From Rhodothermales bacterium (GTDB taxonomy: Bacteria; Bacteroidota; Rhodothermia; Rhodothermales; Bin80), in assembly GCA_951812585.1 (NCBI GenBank), contig OX638318.1, forward strand, positions 1,501,058-1,565,057: DNA of 64,000 nt, given 5' to 3'. A model generated the notes under the pieces. That model ran no database searches and had not been told where the DNA came from. It saw nothing but the letters and a program-made list of their open reading frames with translations. Every line of letters begins with the position of its first letter. Within the stretch, counting starts at the first letter, position 1. The translations under genes were made by a program, and so were the position numbers. Positions 48,403 through 58,294 of this stretch are shown here, in pieces.

Positions 48403-51240
48403 CTAGAAAGTAACAGCGTGGTATGGGTTTTCTTTTGTTAGCGCCTCGCGGAGGAACCGCGCCGTATGGCTCTCTTCATGTTTCGCTACTTCTTCCGGTG
48501 TGCCGGTGACTACCACACACCCCCCGGCGAAACCGCCCTCCGGTCCCAGGTCAATAATCCAGTCGGCTGCCTTGATGATATCCATGTTGTGCTCAATCAC
48601 CACGACGGAATGGCCTTGCTCCATCAGGCGGTTCAATGCCGCCAGCAGCTTCCGGATATCGTCAAAGTGCAGTCCGGTCGTGGGTTCATCAAAGATATAG
48701 AGCACCTGCTCTTTGAGACTGCTGCCCAGATGCGTGGCAAGCTTGACGCGCTGCGCCTCGCCCCCGGACAAGGTAGTCGCCGGCTGCCCAAGCTTCAGAT
48801 AACCTAGCCCGATGGTGCTTAGGGTCTTAAGGCGTGACACTACAGACCGCTTCCCCGAAAAAAAGTCGATGGCTTCATCGACAGTAAGCTGCAGCACATC
48901 GTCAATGTTCTTGCCCTTGTAGCAAATCTCAAGGACTTCGTCCTTGAATCGCCTTCCTCGGCATTCTTCGCATTCCAGGTAGAGGTCGGCTAAAAACTGC
49001 ATCTCTACCCGGATGGCGCCATCGCCGGCACAGACTTCGCAGCGTCCTCCGTCCACATTGAATGAGAAAACACCGGGCTTGTAGCCGCGCAGCTTGGCAT
49101 GATGGGTGCCTGCAAAAATCTTCCGGATACCATCAAAAGCGCCGGAATACGTGGCCGCATTGGAACGGGAAGAACGGCCTATGGGGCTCTGGTCCACCAT
49201 TTCAACGCGGTCAACAAGTTCGTGTCCGAGGATTCTGTCATGCAGACCGACCGCTTTGCGCAAAACAAACTGTCCCTTGAGCGCGCGCAAGCCCTGATAT
49301 AACGTGTCGCAAACCAGCGTGGACTTGCCCGAGCCGCTGACACCTGTCACTACCGTCAGGCAGCCGAGCGGAAAGGCCACATCAATGCGCTTGAGATTGT
49401 GCGATCGCGCACGCTCGATCACCACGGCACGGGACGGGTGGGGCCGATGCCGCCGGGCGAGGACCGGAATGCGCTTGCGAAGGCTGAGGTAGTCACCTGT
49501 CAAAGAGGCGCTGCTCTGAAGCATTTCCTCGAAACTGCCCTGGAAGGTAATGCGGCCGCCCTTGTGCCCGGAGCCTGGCCCAAGATCAACGATCTCGTCT
49601 GCGTGCTGCATCACCAAGGCATCATGCTCCACCACGATCACGGTATTGCCCAAATCGCGCAGGCGCTGCAGGATGCGGATCAGGCGCGAAGTGTCGCGCG
49701 GATGCAACCCGATGGTGGGCTCGTCCAGGACGTAGAGCGATCCCACCAAGGAGCTGCCTAGCGATGCCGCCAGGTTGATTCGCTGGCTTTCACCCCCGGA
49801 AAGCGTTTGCGACAGGCGATCCAATGTGAGATAGCCCAGACCTACCTCAACCAGAAAGCGCAGCCGGTTGCGAAGCTCTCCCAGCAGCACGGCAGCCACT
49901 TCCTGCTCGAACGGTGTAAGCTTTAGCTCGGCGAAGAATGTGCGCGCATCGCGCGTGGTCAGCTCCAGAACCTGTCCAATATGGAGGCCGCCGATCTGGA
50001 CATGCCGCGCTTCGCGCCGAAGACGGGATCCGCCGCAGTGACTGCAAACGTCATAGCCCACATACCGATTGTACAAGGCGCGCTTGGCCTTAGATGCCGA
50101 TGGCGCGCCCATGTCCTCCAGTAGGGCGCGAATGCCAGGGTATGTTCCGAAGCCCTCCCAAAGCATCATCTTGTCGGACTCACGCAAGTGCTTGTACGGG
50201 CGATTGACGTTTATACGCGCCCATTGCGCAATGTGCAAGAGCTCTGTATGCATGGACCTTAGATCGGGGGGCGGCACTGCAAAGCAGCGCGCAGCGCCTT
50301 CTCGCAAGGAAAGCCACGGCTTGCTGAAGACCAGATCCGCCCTCAGTTCCTTTCTGCGTCCGAAACCCTTGCATGCGGCACAGGCACCCATCGGACTGTT
50401 GAAAGAAAACAGGTGCGCCGTGGGCTCCTCAAACGTCATGCCGTCCCGCTCGAAATGCTGGCTGAACGCAAGCAGCGCGTATTCGCCCATGGCTTGCACC
50501 GCTACGCAGCGGCCTCCGCCCGCCTTGAATGCATGCTCAACAGAATCCGCTATGCGCGTGGCGTTACCTTCGTCGCCCCTGCGGACAACAAGGCGGTCCT
50601 GAACAACATAAGCGGTCCTGAACGGCATTCCGGGCGAGACCTGGTCCAGCGCCATCACCGCAGGGGGTCCCTTTGCTGCCGTGGACAACAGGCGGGTATA
50701 GCCGCGCTGCAGCAAAGCGTCCACCGTAGCGGTGTCATCTAACGGAAACGCCAGATAGAATCGGGTGCCCTCCTCCCAGCACCGGGCCAGCTGCGTGGCT
50801 ACGGAGCGCGGGGTGTCCCGGGTCACGACCTCGCCGCTTACCGGCGAGATGGTTTGGCCTATCTGCGCATACAAAAGGCGGAGGTAGTCATAGATTTCGG
50901 TCTGGGTTGCAACCGTTGAGCGCGGGTTTCGGGAAAGCGCCTTCTGCTCGATGGCGATAGCCGGCGCAAGCCCGCCGAGATAGTCGACATCCGGCTTGTC
51001 CATCCGCACCAGGAATTGCCGTGCATATGCACTGAGGCTTTCCATATACCGCCGCTGGCCTTCGGCAAAGATCGTATTGAATGCCAGTGAGGACTTGCCT
51101 GAGCCCGACGGTCCGGTGATGACGTTGATCTTTCGCTTCGGAAGATCGAGGCTGATATTCTTCAGATTATGCTGTCGGGCGCCGCGGATGATGATGTATT
51201 GCCTTGGGTCCACACCGTGAGTAAAACCTGATAAGTCCAT
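48403..51240 (-). CDS. uvrA: Excinuclease ABC subunit A
   Basis: GARQHNLKN, two Walker A motifs (GPSGSGKS, GVSGSGKST), FSFN.P.GAC, TLSGGE twice, DEPT. Confidence 0.96.
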   Translation of the reverse strand: MDLSGFTHGVDPRQYIIIRGARQHNLKNISLDLPKRKINVITGPSGSGKSSLAFNTIFAEGQRRYMESLSAYARQFLVRMDKPDVDYLGGLAPAIAIEQKALSRNPRSTVATQTEIYDYLRLLYAQIGQTISPVSGEVVTRDTPRSVATQLARCWEEGTRFYLAFPLDDTATVDALLQRGYTRLLSTAAKGPPAVMALDQVSPGMPFRTAYVVQDRLVVRRGDEGNATRIADSVEHAFKAGGGRCVAVQAMGEYALLAFSQHFERDGMTFEEPTAHLFSFNSPMGACAACKGFGRRKELRADLVFSKPWLSLREGAARCFAVPPPDLRSMHTELLHIAQWARINVNRPYKHLRESDKMMLWEGFGTYPGIRALLEDMGAPSASKAKRALYNRYVGYDVCSHCGGSRLRREARHVQIGGLHIGQVLELTTRDARTFFAELKLTPFEQEVAAVLLGELRNRLRFLVEVGLGYLTLDRLSQTLSGGESQRINLAASLGSSLVGSLYVLDEPTIGLHPRDTSRLIRILQRLRDLGNTVIVVEHDALVMQHADEIVDLGPGSGHKGGRITFQGSFEEMLQSSASLTGDYLSLRKRIPVLARRHRPHPSRAVVIERARSHNLKRIDVAFPLGCLTVVTGVSGSGKSTLVCDTLYQGLRALKGQFVLRKAVGLHDRILGHELVDRVEMVDQSPIGRSSRSNAATYSGAFDGIRKIFAGTHHAKLRGYKPGVFSFNVDGGRCEVCAGDGAIRVEMQFLADLYLECEECRGRRFKDEVLEICYKGKNIDDVLQLTVDEAIDFFSGKRSVVSRLKTLSTIGLGYLKLGQPATTLSGGEAQRVKLATHLGSSLKEQVLYIFDEPTTGLHFDDIRKLLAALNRLMEQGHSVVVIEHNMDIIKAADWIIDLGPEGGFAGGCVVVTGTPEEVAKHEESHTARFLREALTKENPYHAVTF

Positions 51241-51775
51241 GCAAATCAGAGGTTAAGGGCCCGTAGATACGCTTCCGGATAAGTATGAGGCAAAAGCTTG
51301 GATTTGGCAATTGGATGGACGCGGAGCAGGGCTTCGGTGCAGCTTGCCAGCCGTTGCGCGTCTACGCAGCCTTCCATGCATTGGGATGTCATTCCCTTTG
51401 CCAGCGACTTGGCAATAGTGCAGTGATGCGCCCCCAAGGGGTGCGTCAAAACGCGACTCAGCATGTCAATCAGCCAACAGCCAACCTCCAAGATGCGCCG
51501 CAGGCCGCTTGTACGCGCCAAAGAGCGAAATGGCCGCGGCTGCCGCGGCGCTGCGGTACGCGATGGGCAAGCAAGAGGTACTTCGGATACAGTACCGACG
51601 GCCGCAGCGCAATCCCGACCAGGTTGTTGTGCCGCTTATGCAGACACCTTCCAGGCAGTGGGTCAGCTGTCGGAATTGTCCAGCAATGTAATGAAATAGA
51701 TTCATCTTGTTATATAAGCAATTCAGTTCATGTTTATTTAGGGGCTTGTATACTTAACTGTACACTGCTTGGGGC

Positions 51776-51967
51776 TTAGACGAGCCGAAGTTCGTCGTTT
51801 CTTGCCCTCGATTCTGCCGCTTGCTTCGGTTTCGGCCTGGCCTTCACCAGTTGCCTTACCGCCTGCTGGATCGTCAATCCGCGATAGCGCGGATTCGGAC
51901 TGGGCGTGGTGTCGATCCGCTCAAACTCAGCGTGTAACGCGTCCTTCGTATCCTTGACCCTTCTCAT
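51776..51967 (-). CDS. Small IS1595 passenger protein (63 aa)
   Basis: MRRVKDTKDALHAEFERIDTTPSPNPRYRGLTIQQAVRQL... Confidence 0.65.
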   Translation of the reverse strand: MRRVKDTKDALHAEFERIDTTPSPNPRYRGLTIQQAVRQLVKARPKPKQAAESRARNDELRLV

Positions 51968-52878
51968 TGCGCAATCAGATCCTTGTACATAAGCCGCCGC
52001 CCTGCCCGTGCGGACACCACGTGCTGCATTTGTTCGAGCGTGTCCATGTCCCGGACGTTGTGCTTTTACGCAAGCTGCTGCACGTACCGTTGCAAGTGCT
52101 TGGCGCTCATTTTGTGGTACACACCAAGGTACGCCCGCTTCAGCGTGGCCCAGAACGACGCCAGCCCGCTTGTGTGGGCCATGCCGTTGACCTATTCGCC
52201 CCCGCTGTGTTTGACCGTCTCACGCTCCATACCGATCATGCCCTTGTAAGCGGTGGCGTCGTCCGTGTAGACCGTTGCGCCGATTTCGGTGGGGTTATAC
52301 ACGAACTGCTTCAACGTCGGGCCGCTTTGTATCCTCAACGACCTTGGCCGAATCTGGCCGGTACCGCCGTCTTGCCAACCGTTCCGCGTCCCGCTTTCAG
52401 CTTCTTGTGCGCGTGCTTGTTGGCCTCCTTGCCTCCAACCATACGTCTCGTCGGCTTCAACCGGGCCTTCAAACGCGGCGGCGGCTAACGGCGCGAACGC
52501 CTCCCGAATCCGTTGCTGCATGAACCACGCCGACTTTTACGTGATGCCCAGGTCGCGGTGAAGCTTCATGCTGGATACGCCCTTGAGCGCGGTCATTTCA
52601 AGATAAATGGCGTAGGTCCACTGGAGCAAGGGCAACCGAGAGGCTTGCAGCACCGTGCCCGTCCGAACACTGAACCGCTTGCGGCACGTGCGGCAACGGT
52701 ACGGCATGGTCTGTTGCGGGCAAGCATAGGTATCGGTGCCCCTGCACTGCGGACAAAAGCGGCCTTCCGGCCAATAGATGGCCTCAAACCATTCCCGGGC
52801 GGCTTCCTCGTTCGGATACCGCCGTGCCAACGCTAAAAGTGTGATTCCCTTGCGGTGTGATCTGCCTGGCCCTGTCAT
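51964..52878 (-). pseudogene. IS1595 transposase with multiple stops, frameshifts and a short deletion
   Basis: Stop at 52537, shared EADETY frameshift, deletion between TACCGC microhomologies, TGG>TAG at 52192. Confidence 0.92.
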
Positions 52879-52948
52879 GATTCCCCCGATCTGGTCTAAT
52901 CCTCATACGGCCCAATCGAAGAAAGTTACAGTTAAGTATATAAGCCCC

Positions 52949-53287
52949 TTTTGTATCCCAGTCTATGGCTATACCCATTGCCGAAAACGACGCACCGCGT
53001 ACTGCGGCGTGCTCACGCACGGCAACCTTAGCACTATCAATCACGCCAGGAAGACCGGGATCGTTACACCACCCACAGGCTGCAGAACCGAAGTACACCA
53101 GCACAAGTTCACGTTCCAGCGGCTCCGTGAATGATGGTGTATATCGCGTCGAGTCGTCGTGATACGCATTCGGCCATTCGACCGTGATGGCCGGGAAAGG
53201 CAGGACGCCCGAGGCTGCCAATACAAACGTCGCGGACAACACCATTACGAATGCTGCTCTCCCCCAGCCTTTCCGATGTGCGTCCAC
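52949..53287 (-). pseudogene. Exported thioredoxin-fold (CGWC) protein, 3'-truncated by IS1595
   Basis: N-terminal hydrophobic segment, LVLVYFGSAACGWC; frame runs into the TIR after IAIDWDTK. Confidence 0.7.
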
Positions 53288-53298
53288 TGTCGTGTCGG

Positions 53299-54465
53299 TT
53301 ACCGTGTGGTGATCGGTATAGGATGGATCCCCAGTTGAGGATAAGGTGTGGATTGGGCAGTGTAAAGACGCTCCTGGTCTATGGCCCGCACAATCCTTCC
53401 GGTAAAAGACGAATTGATCGGGCGTACCCCCAGATACTCGCCCTGCCCAGATAGCACATTCACTTTGTAAAAGTGATTCATCCAGCGGTCCCGTTCCACG
53501 GAGCGAATTTCACGGCGTATCAGCCAGAACGACTCTCCGCGTGCTCCTCCGAGGATTTCGATGTCCCAAGACTCGCCAACAACTTGCGGCGGAGCAACAA
53601 AAATCCCCCAGTTCCCGTCCTCAACAACCACCTTCGGTCTGCGTGTCATCCGGGCATCTGAAAACCTGACCTGCCAGATCATATCACCCGACTCGGTGAA
53701 CGCGGTTGCTATGGGAGCACTCGGCTGTGTATACAGAAGAGTGTGATGGGTCGCGTTGCACTCCAGGCTGCCCCCTTCCGCCATTGTATGACGAACAATT
53801 CGATGCGGGCTATTGTAGCGCGCGCCAATCGATAAGACATATTCCCCTTCCAGGGTGTGTTTGTGGATCACACCATCGAGGTCATCGGAGTATCCTGTGG
53901 TGTAAACGTGCCCATGCATCGCGCACATTTCGCCATTAAAGAATGACGCGACAGCACTGAACGAATTCTGGAATTCATGGCTGCCGTCCCGATTCTTTCT
54001 GAACACCGACACCCTTCCTCTTCCGGATCCGACCACCACGTACAAGTCGTCTCCAGTACCCGTAACGGAAACCTTTCTCACAAGGCCAAATTCGCCCGGT
54101 CCTGCCCCGGGGCCTCCGATGATGTCTGCCAGATGGCCTTCAAAATCGTAGGCGCGGACATGACTGAAACTCCCATCCACATAGTATACAAGGCTGTCAC
54201 TAACCGCCACATCCCGTATTTGGCCGATCATGTCGTTTGGACCCCCCTCCTCGTCGCCGACCATGTGACCCTCACGGAGTGCATCCTGCATCCAAAACAA
54301 CGTGTCCTGTGGCTCATCAAAGATGATGAACCTCGGATCTGTGACCGTCGGAATGTTGTCCGGCGTTGGGTGGAAAAGAGCAACGTCCCTGTCTGTCCCT
54401 CCTTGGCAGGACGCGAGTAGCGTCAGTGCCAGCAGGAACAGCAGTGGCTTCCGAGTCGGCCTCAT
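53299..54465 (-). CDS. 6-bladed beta-propeller lipoprotein
   Basis: Lipobox LLASC; IRDVAV...VYYVD, IGGPGAGPGEF, GEYVLSIG blade motifs. Confidence 0.8.
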   Translation of the reverse strand: MRPTRKPLLFLLALTLLASCQGGTDRDVALFHPTPDNIPTVTDPRFIIFDEPQDTLFWMQDALREGHMVGDEEGGPNDMIGQIRDVAVSDSLVYYVDGSFSHVRAYDFEGHLADIIGGPGAGPGEFGLVRKVSVTGTGDDLYVVVGSGRGRVSVFRKNRDGSHEFQNSFSAVASFFNGEMCAMHGHVYTTGYSDDLDGVIHKHTLEGEYVLSIGARYNSPHRIVRHTMAEGGSLECNATHHTLLYTQPSAPIATAFTESGDMIWQVRFSDARMTRRPKVVVEDGNWGIFVAPPQVVGESWDIEILGGARGESFWLIRREIRSVERDRWMNHFYKVNVLSGQGEYLGVRPINSSFTGRIVRAIDQERLYTAQSTPYPQLGIHPIPITTR

Positions 54466-54468
54466 CCT

Positions 54469-54583
54469 CTATTGCTCCTCTTGCTCAAACCAAGGGATAC
54501 ATGGCCATTGAATACAGCTAGTCACAAGCCCAACATCCCAAATATAGCATTTCGTAAACCGTGGGTAGTCACCGTCTATAAAT
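54469..54583 (-). pseudogene. C-terminal end of a Cys/Trp-rich peptide gene, 5'-truncated by IS1595
   Basis: Hand translation ...FIDGDYPRFTKCYIWDVGLVTSCIQWPCIPWFEQEEQ*; stop 3 nt before the propeller ATG; frame closes inside the TIR. Confidence 0.5.
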
Positions 54584-54618
54584 GGGGCTTATATACTTAA
54601 CTGTACACTGCTTGGAGC

Positions 54619-54810
54619 TTAGACGTGCCGAAGTTCGTCGTTTCTTGCCCTCGAAGCTGCCGCTTGCTTCGGTTTCGGACTGGCCTTCACCAGTTGCCTT
54701 ACCGCCTGCTGGATCGTCAATCCGCGATAGCGCGGATTCGGACTGGGCGTGGTGTCGATCCGCTCAAACTCAGCGTGCAACGCGCCCTTCGTATCCTTGA
54801 CCCTTCTCAT
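54619..54810 (-). CDS. Small IS1595 passenger protein (63 aa)
   Basis: MRRVKDTKGALHAEFERIDTTPSPNPRYRGLTIQQAVRQL... Confidence 0.65.
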   Translation of the reverse strand: MRRVKDTKGALHAEFERIDTTPSPNPRYRGLTIQQAVRQLVKASPKPKQAAASRARNDELRHV

Positions 54811-55743
54811 TGCGCAATCAGATCCTTGTACATAAGCCGCCGCCCTGCCCGTGCGGACACCACATGCTGCATTTGTTCGAGCGTGTCCATGTCCCGGACG
54901 TTGTGCTTTTGCGCAAACTGGTGCACGTACCGTTGTAAGTGCTTGGCGCTCATTTTGTGGTACACGCCATGGTGCGCCCGCTTCAGCGTGGCCCAGAACG
55001 ACTTCAGCCCGCTTGTGTGGGCCATGCCGTTGACCTATTCGCCCACGCTGTGTTTGACCGTCTCATGCTCCATACCGATCATGCCCTTGTAAGCGGTGGC
55101 GTCGTCCGTGTAGACCGTTGCGCCGATTTCGGTGGGGTTATACACGAACTGCTTCAACGTCGGGCCGCTTGTGTCCTCAACGACCGTGGCCCGAATCTGG
55201 CCGGTACCGCGGTCTTTCAGCCCCGCTACCGCCGTCTTGCCAACCGTTCCGCGTCCCGCTTTCAGCTTCTTGTGCGCGTGCTTGTTGGCCTCCTTGCCCC
55301 CAACCATACGTCTCGTCGGCTTCAACCGGGCCTTCAAACGCGGCGGCGGCTAACGGCGCGAACGCCTCCCGAATCCGTTGCAGCATGAACCACGCCAACT
55401 TTTGCGTGATGCCCAGGTCGCGGTGAAGCTTCATGCTGGATACGCCCTTGAGCGCGGTCATTTCAAGATAAATGGCGTAGGTCCACTGGAGCAAGGGCAA
55501 CCGTGAGGCTTGCAGCACCGTGCCCGTCCGAACACTGAACCGCTTGCGGCACGTGCGGCAACGGTACGGCATGGTCTGTTGCGGGCAAGCATAGGTATCG
55601 GTGCCCCTGCACTGCGGACAAAAGCGGCCTTCCGGCCAAAAGATGGCCTCAAACCACTCCCGGGCGGCCTCCTCGCTCGGATACCGCCGTGCCAACGCCA
55701 AGAGTGTGAGTCCCTTGCGGTGTGATCTGCCTGGCCCTGTCAT
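54807..55743 (-). pseudogene. IS1595 transposase, frameshift plus TGG>TAG
   Basis: Same EADETY frameshift as copies 2 and 3; TAG at 55035 shared with copy 3. Confidence 0.92.
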
Positions 55744-56176
55744 GATTCCCCCGATCTGGTTTAATCCTCATACGGCCCAATCGAAGAAAAGTTACAGTTA
55801 AGTATATAAGCCCCTTATTTAATGTATAACACTATCCGCACCCTTATGCTCCACAGCCAAAGGGTCACAAAGGCGCATCATTAGAAGCTGGATGTTCTCT
55901 CCCGGCACCTGGCCTGACAGCGGAACCAACAGCTGAATGTCTGGGGACGTTTTTTCGTCAACCGGAGGCGGAGCTACCTGAGGTTTTCGCCGTGGAAAAG
56001 CGTTCGGTTCTCCTGGTTGGGTTGGGATATACTACGGGCAGGTGAGCACCTTCTGGCCATCATGGTTTCAGTGCTTCAAAGGTTGGTCCAGTGGTCTGCG
56101 CAGTCAGGTCATGATGCAGGACAGGACACCACCTCCCTGCAATCAACTCAGGAATACGGTGCCCAATCGAATGGCC

Positions 56177-58294
56177 CTAGCCTTCGGCTTCCTTGGCCGC
56201 TTCGGCCACCACCTTGTCTTGGACATTGCGCGGCATGGCCTCGTAGTTGCTGAATGAGGACGTATGTATGCCACGCCCCTGGGTTATCGAGCGCAGGGCG
56301 GTGGAATAGCGGTACAGCTCTGCCTCGGGGACCAGGGCCTTGATCTTTTGCATCATGCCTTCGGCTTCAATGCCCTGGATGCGGGCCCGCCGCGTGTTCA
56401 TGTCTCCCATGACATCGCCCGTGTAGGACTCGGGCACCGTCACCTCCACATTGTGAATCGGCTCGAGGATCACCGGTCGAGCCTGCCTGAAAGCCGCTCG
56501 AAAACACATGCGCGCCGCTGTCTTGAATGCCGCCTCATTGGAGTCCACCGAATGCATGCCCCCGTCAAAGATGACCAGCCGGAGGTTGCCGACAGGGTAC
56601 TTCGCCAGCGGACCCCACTGCATTGCTTCCAGCACCCCCTTCTGAATCGCGCCGAAGAAGCGGCGCATGTCTATCACACCCCCAACGATGCCGTCAATGA
56701 ACTCAATAGTGGAACCCCAGCCCGTCGACACCTGGACCGTCTTGCGCACCGAGATATCGGGACGCTTCTTGAATTCGCCATCCAAGGGTTCTATCAGCAC
56801 GGATATATCCGCGAACTGACCCGCCCCGCCGGTCTGCTTCTTGTGTCGGTAGGAGGCACGCGCTTCGGTCGTTACCGTTTCGCGATACGCAATGCGGGGA
56901 CGTCCAAACTCCACATCCACATTGACCTTGGCCTTGAGCCGGTATTGGGCGACGCGTAGGTGTAATTCGCCTTGGCCGCCGAGGGTCACCTGGCTCAGAT
57001 GCGGATCATGCGCAACGACCAGCGAAGGGTCCTCGGCCGTGATCTGATGCAAGCCCTGCGCCAACTTGTCCTCTTCTCCCTCGTTCGCAGGGCGGATGGA
57101 AGAACGGTAGCGCGGCGCGGGAAACTGGATCGGCGTGATCACGGTGGCGCTGCCCTTGATGCGAAGCGTATTGTTGGTGTGCGTACTGCGAAGCTTGACG
57201 AGAGCACCCAGGTCGCCGGCCACCATCCTGGGCACGGTCTCACGCTCCCGGCCGTTAAGCACATAGAGCTGTCCAAGACGCTCCATGGTGCCCGTCTGCG
57301 CATTCTCGAGGTCCATGCCGTGTTCAATCGTACCTCCATAGGTGCGAAAGAACGAGTAGTCCCCGACATGCTGTTCAGCCATCGTGCGATACACAAAGGC
57401 GACCGGGCTTCCGGACGCGCTCGCTGTGACCGGATCTCCTGAATCTGTCGGCGCTGCGGGCATGTCTATCGGCGAGGGGCAGACGTGCTCAATGAAGCTC
57501 ATCAGTCGCGTCGTGCCCGCATTGGCCGTTGCGACCGTGCAAAATATGGGGAACAGCTCCCGCTCAATCATCGCCGCGCGCAGGCCCCGCCGCATCTCTT
57601 CCTCCGTCAACTCTCCCTCCTCGAAATAACGCTCCATCAGCTCCTCGTCGTTGACCGCAATGTCTTCCACGAGTTTGCTGTGCAGCGCTTCTGCGCGCTC
57701 CATAAACGGCGCAGGTATATCTCCCGCGGTCTGCTTGCCGTCCGCATCATAGGACAGCTGCTTCATTTGCAGGACATCAATGATGACGTTGGTGCCCTGA
57801 CCCGGGAACTGCACGATAGAAGCGCTCGCTCCGAAGCGCCCCATGATCTGTCCGGTCAGCCGGTCCACATCCGCATGCCGGCGGTCGACCTGGTTGATCA
57901 CAAACATGGCGGGGCGCTTGCTGTCGGCGGCGCAGTTCCACGCGAGCTCTGCGCCCACCTCGATGCCATCCTGCGCATTCATGACGAACACCGCCGTGTC
58001 TACCACGCGCATGGCGGCCACGACTTCGCCAATGAAGTCAGGGTAGCCCGGCGTATCAATGATGTTGATCTTGTGCTTTTGCCACTTCGCGTGCAGCAGC
58101 GAGGAGAAGATGGACATCTGCCGCTCCTTTTCGCTAGGGTGGTAATCGCTTACCGTATTTCCCTCGCCGACGGAGCCTAACCGATGCGTGGTGCCGCTGA
58201 CAAACAGCATCGATTCTGCAAGCGAGGTCTTGCCGCTGCCCTGGTGTCCCACCAGTCCGATGTTGCGAATGAATGTCGAGTCAGATCGATTCAT
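56177..58294 (-). CDS. Elongation factor G-like protein (EF-G2 paralog)
   Basis: GHQGSGKTS, DTPG, HKKQTGGAGQF, DSNEAAF, ILEPI, LRSITQGRG; non-canonical RQMSI (switch I) and NQVD (G4); not in a str operon. Confidence 0.9.
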   Translation of the reverse strand: MNRSDSTFIRNIGLVGHQGSGKTSLAESMLFVSGTTHRLGSVGEGNTVSDYHPSEKERQMSIFSSLLHAKWQKHKINIIDTPGYPDFIGEVVAAMRVVDTAVFVMNAQDGIEVGAELAWNCAADSKRPAMFVINQVDRRHADVDRLTGQIMGRFGASASIVQFPGQGTNVIIDVLQMKQLSYDADGKQTAGDIPAPFMERAEALHSKLVEDIAVNDEELMERYFEEGELTEEEMRRGLRAAMIERELFPIFCTVATANAGTTRLMSFIEHVCPSPIDMPAAPTDSGDPVTASASGSPVAFVYRTMAEQHVGDYSFFRTYGGTIEHGMDLENAQTGTMERLGQLYVLNGRERETVPRMVAGDLGALVKLRSTHTNNTLRIKGSATVITPIQFPAPRYRSSIRPANEGEEDKLAQGLHQITAEDPSLVVAHDPHLSQVTLGGQGELHLRVAQYRLKAKVNVDVEFGRPRIAYRETVTTEARASYRHKKQTGGAGQFADISVLIEPLDGEFKKRPDISVRKTVQVSTGWGSTIEFIDGIVGGVIDMRRFFGAIQKGVLEAMQWGPLAKYPVGNLRLVIFDGGMHSVDSNEAAFKTAARMCFRAAFRQARPVILEPIHNVEVTVPESYTGDVMGDMNTRRARIQGIEAEGMMQKIKALVPEAELYRYSTALRSITQGRGIHTSSFSNYEAMPRNVQDKVVAEAAKEAEG

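Larger units (their letters stand above)
51741..52948 (-). mobile_element. IS1595-family element, copy 3
   Basis: TIRs GGGGCTTGTATACTTAACTGTA / TACAGTTAAGTATATAAGCCCC. Confidence 0.93.
51741..55814. mobile_element. Composite transposon bounded by two direct-orientation IS1595 copies
   Basis: Outer flanks TTATTTA at 51734-51740 and 55815-55821; inner flanks unrelated; cargo genes cut at both inner IS ends. Confidence 0.8.
54584..55814 (-). mobile_element. IS1595-family element, copy 4
   Basis: Perfect 22-bp TIRs GGGGCTTATATACTTAACTGTA / TACAGTTAAGTATATAAGCCCC. Confidence 0.94.

Noticed and set aside
51241..51733. Long unexplained intergenic stretches (also 1906-2404, 55822-56176, 61180-61489, 63281-63716)
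   Set aside because: No recognisable ORF, RNA motif or repeat by eye; possibly decayed genes, needs translated homology searches
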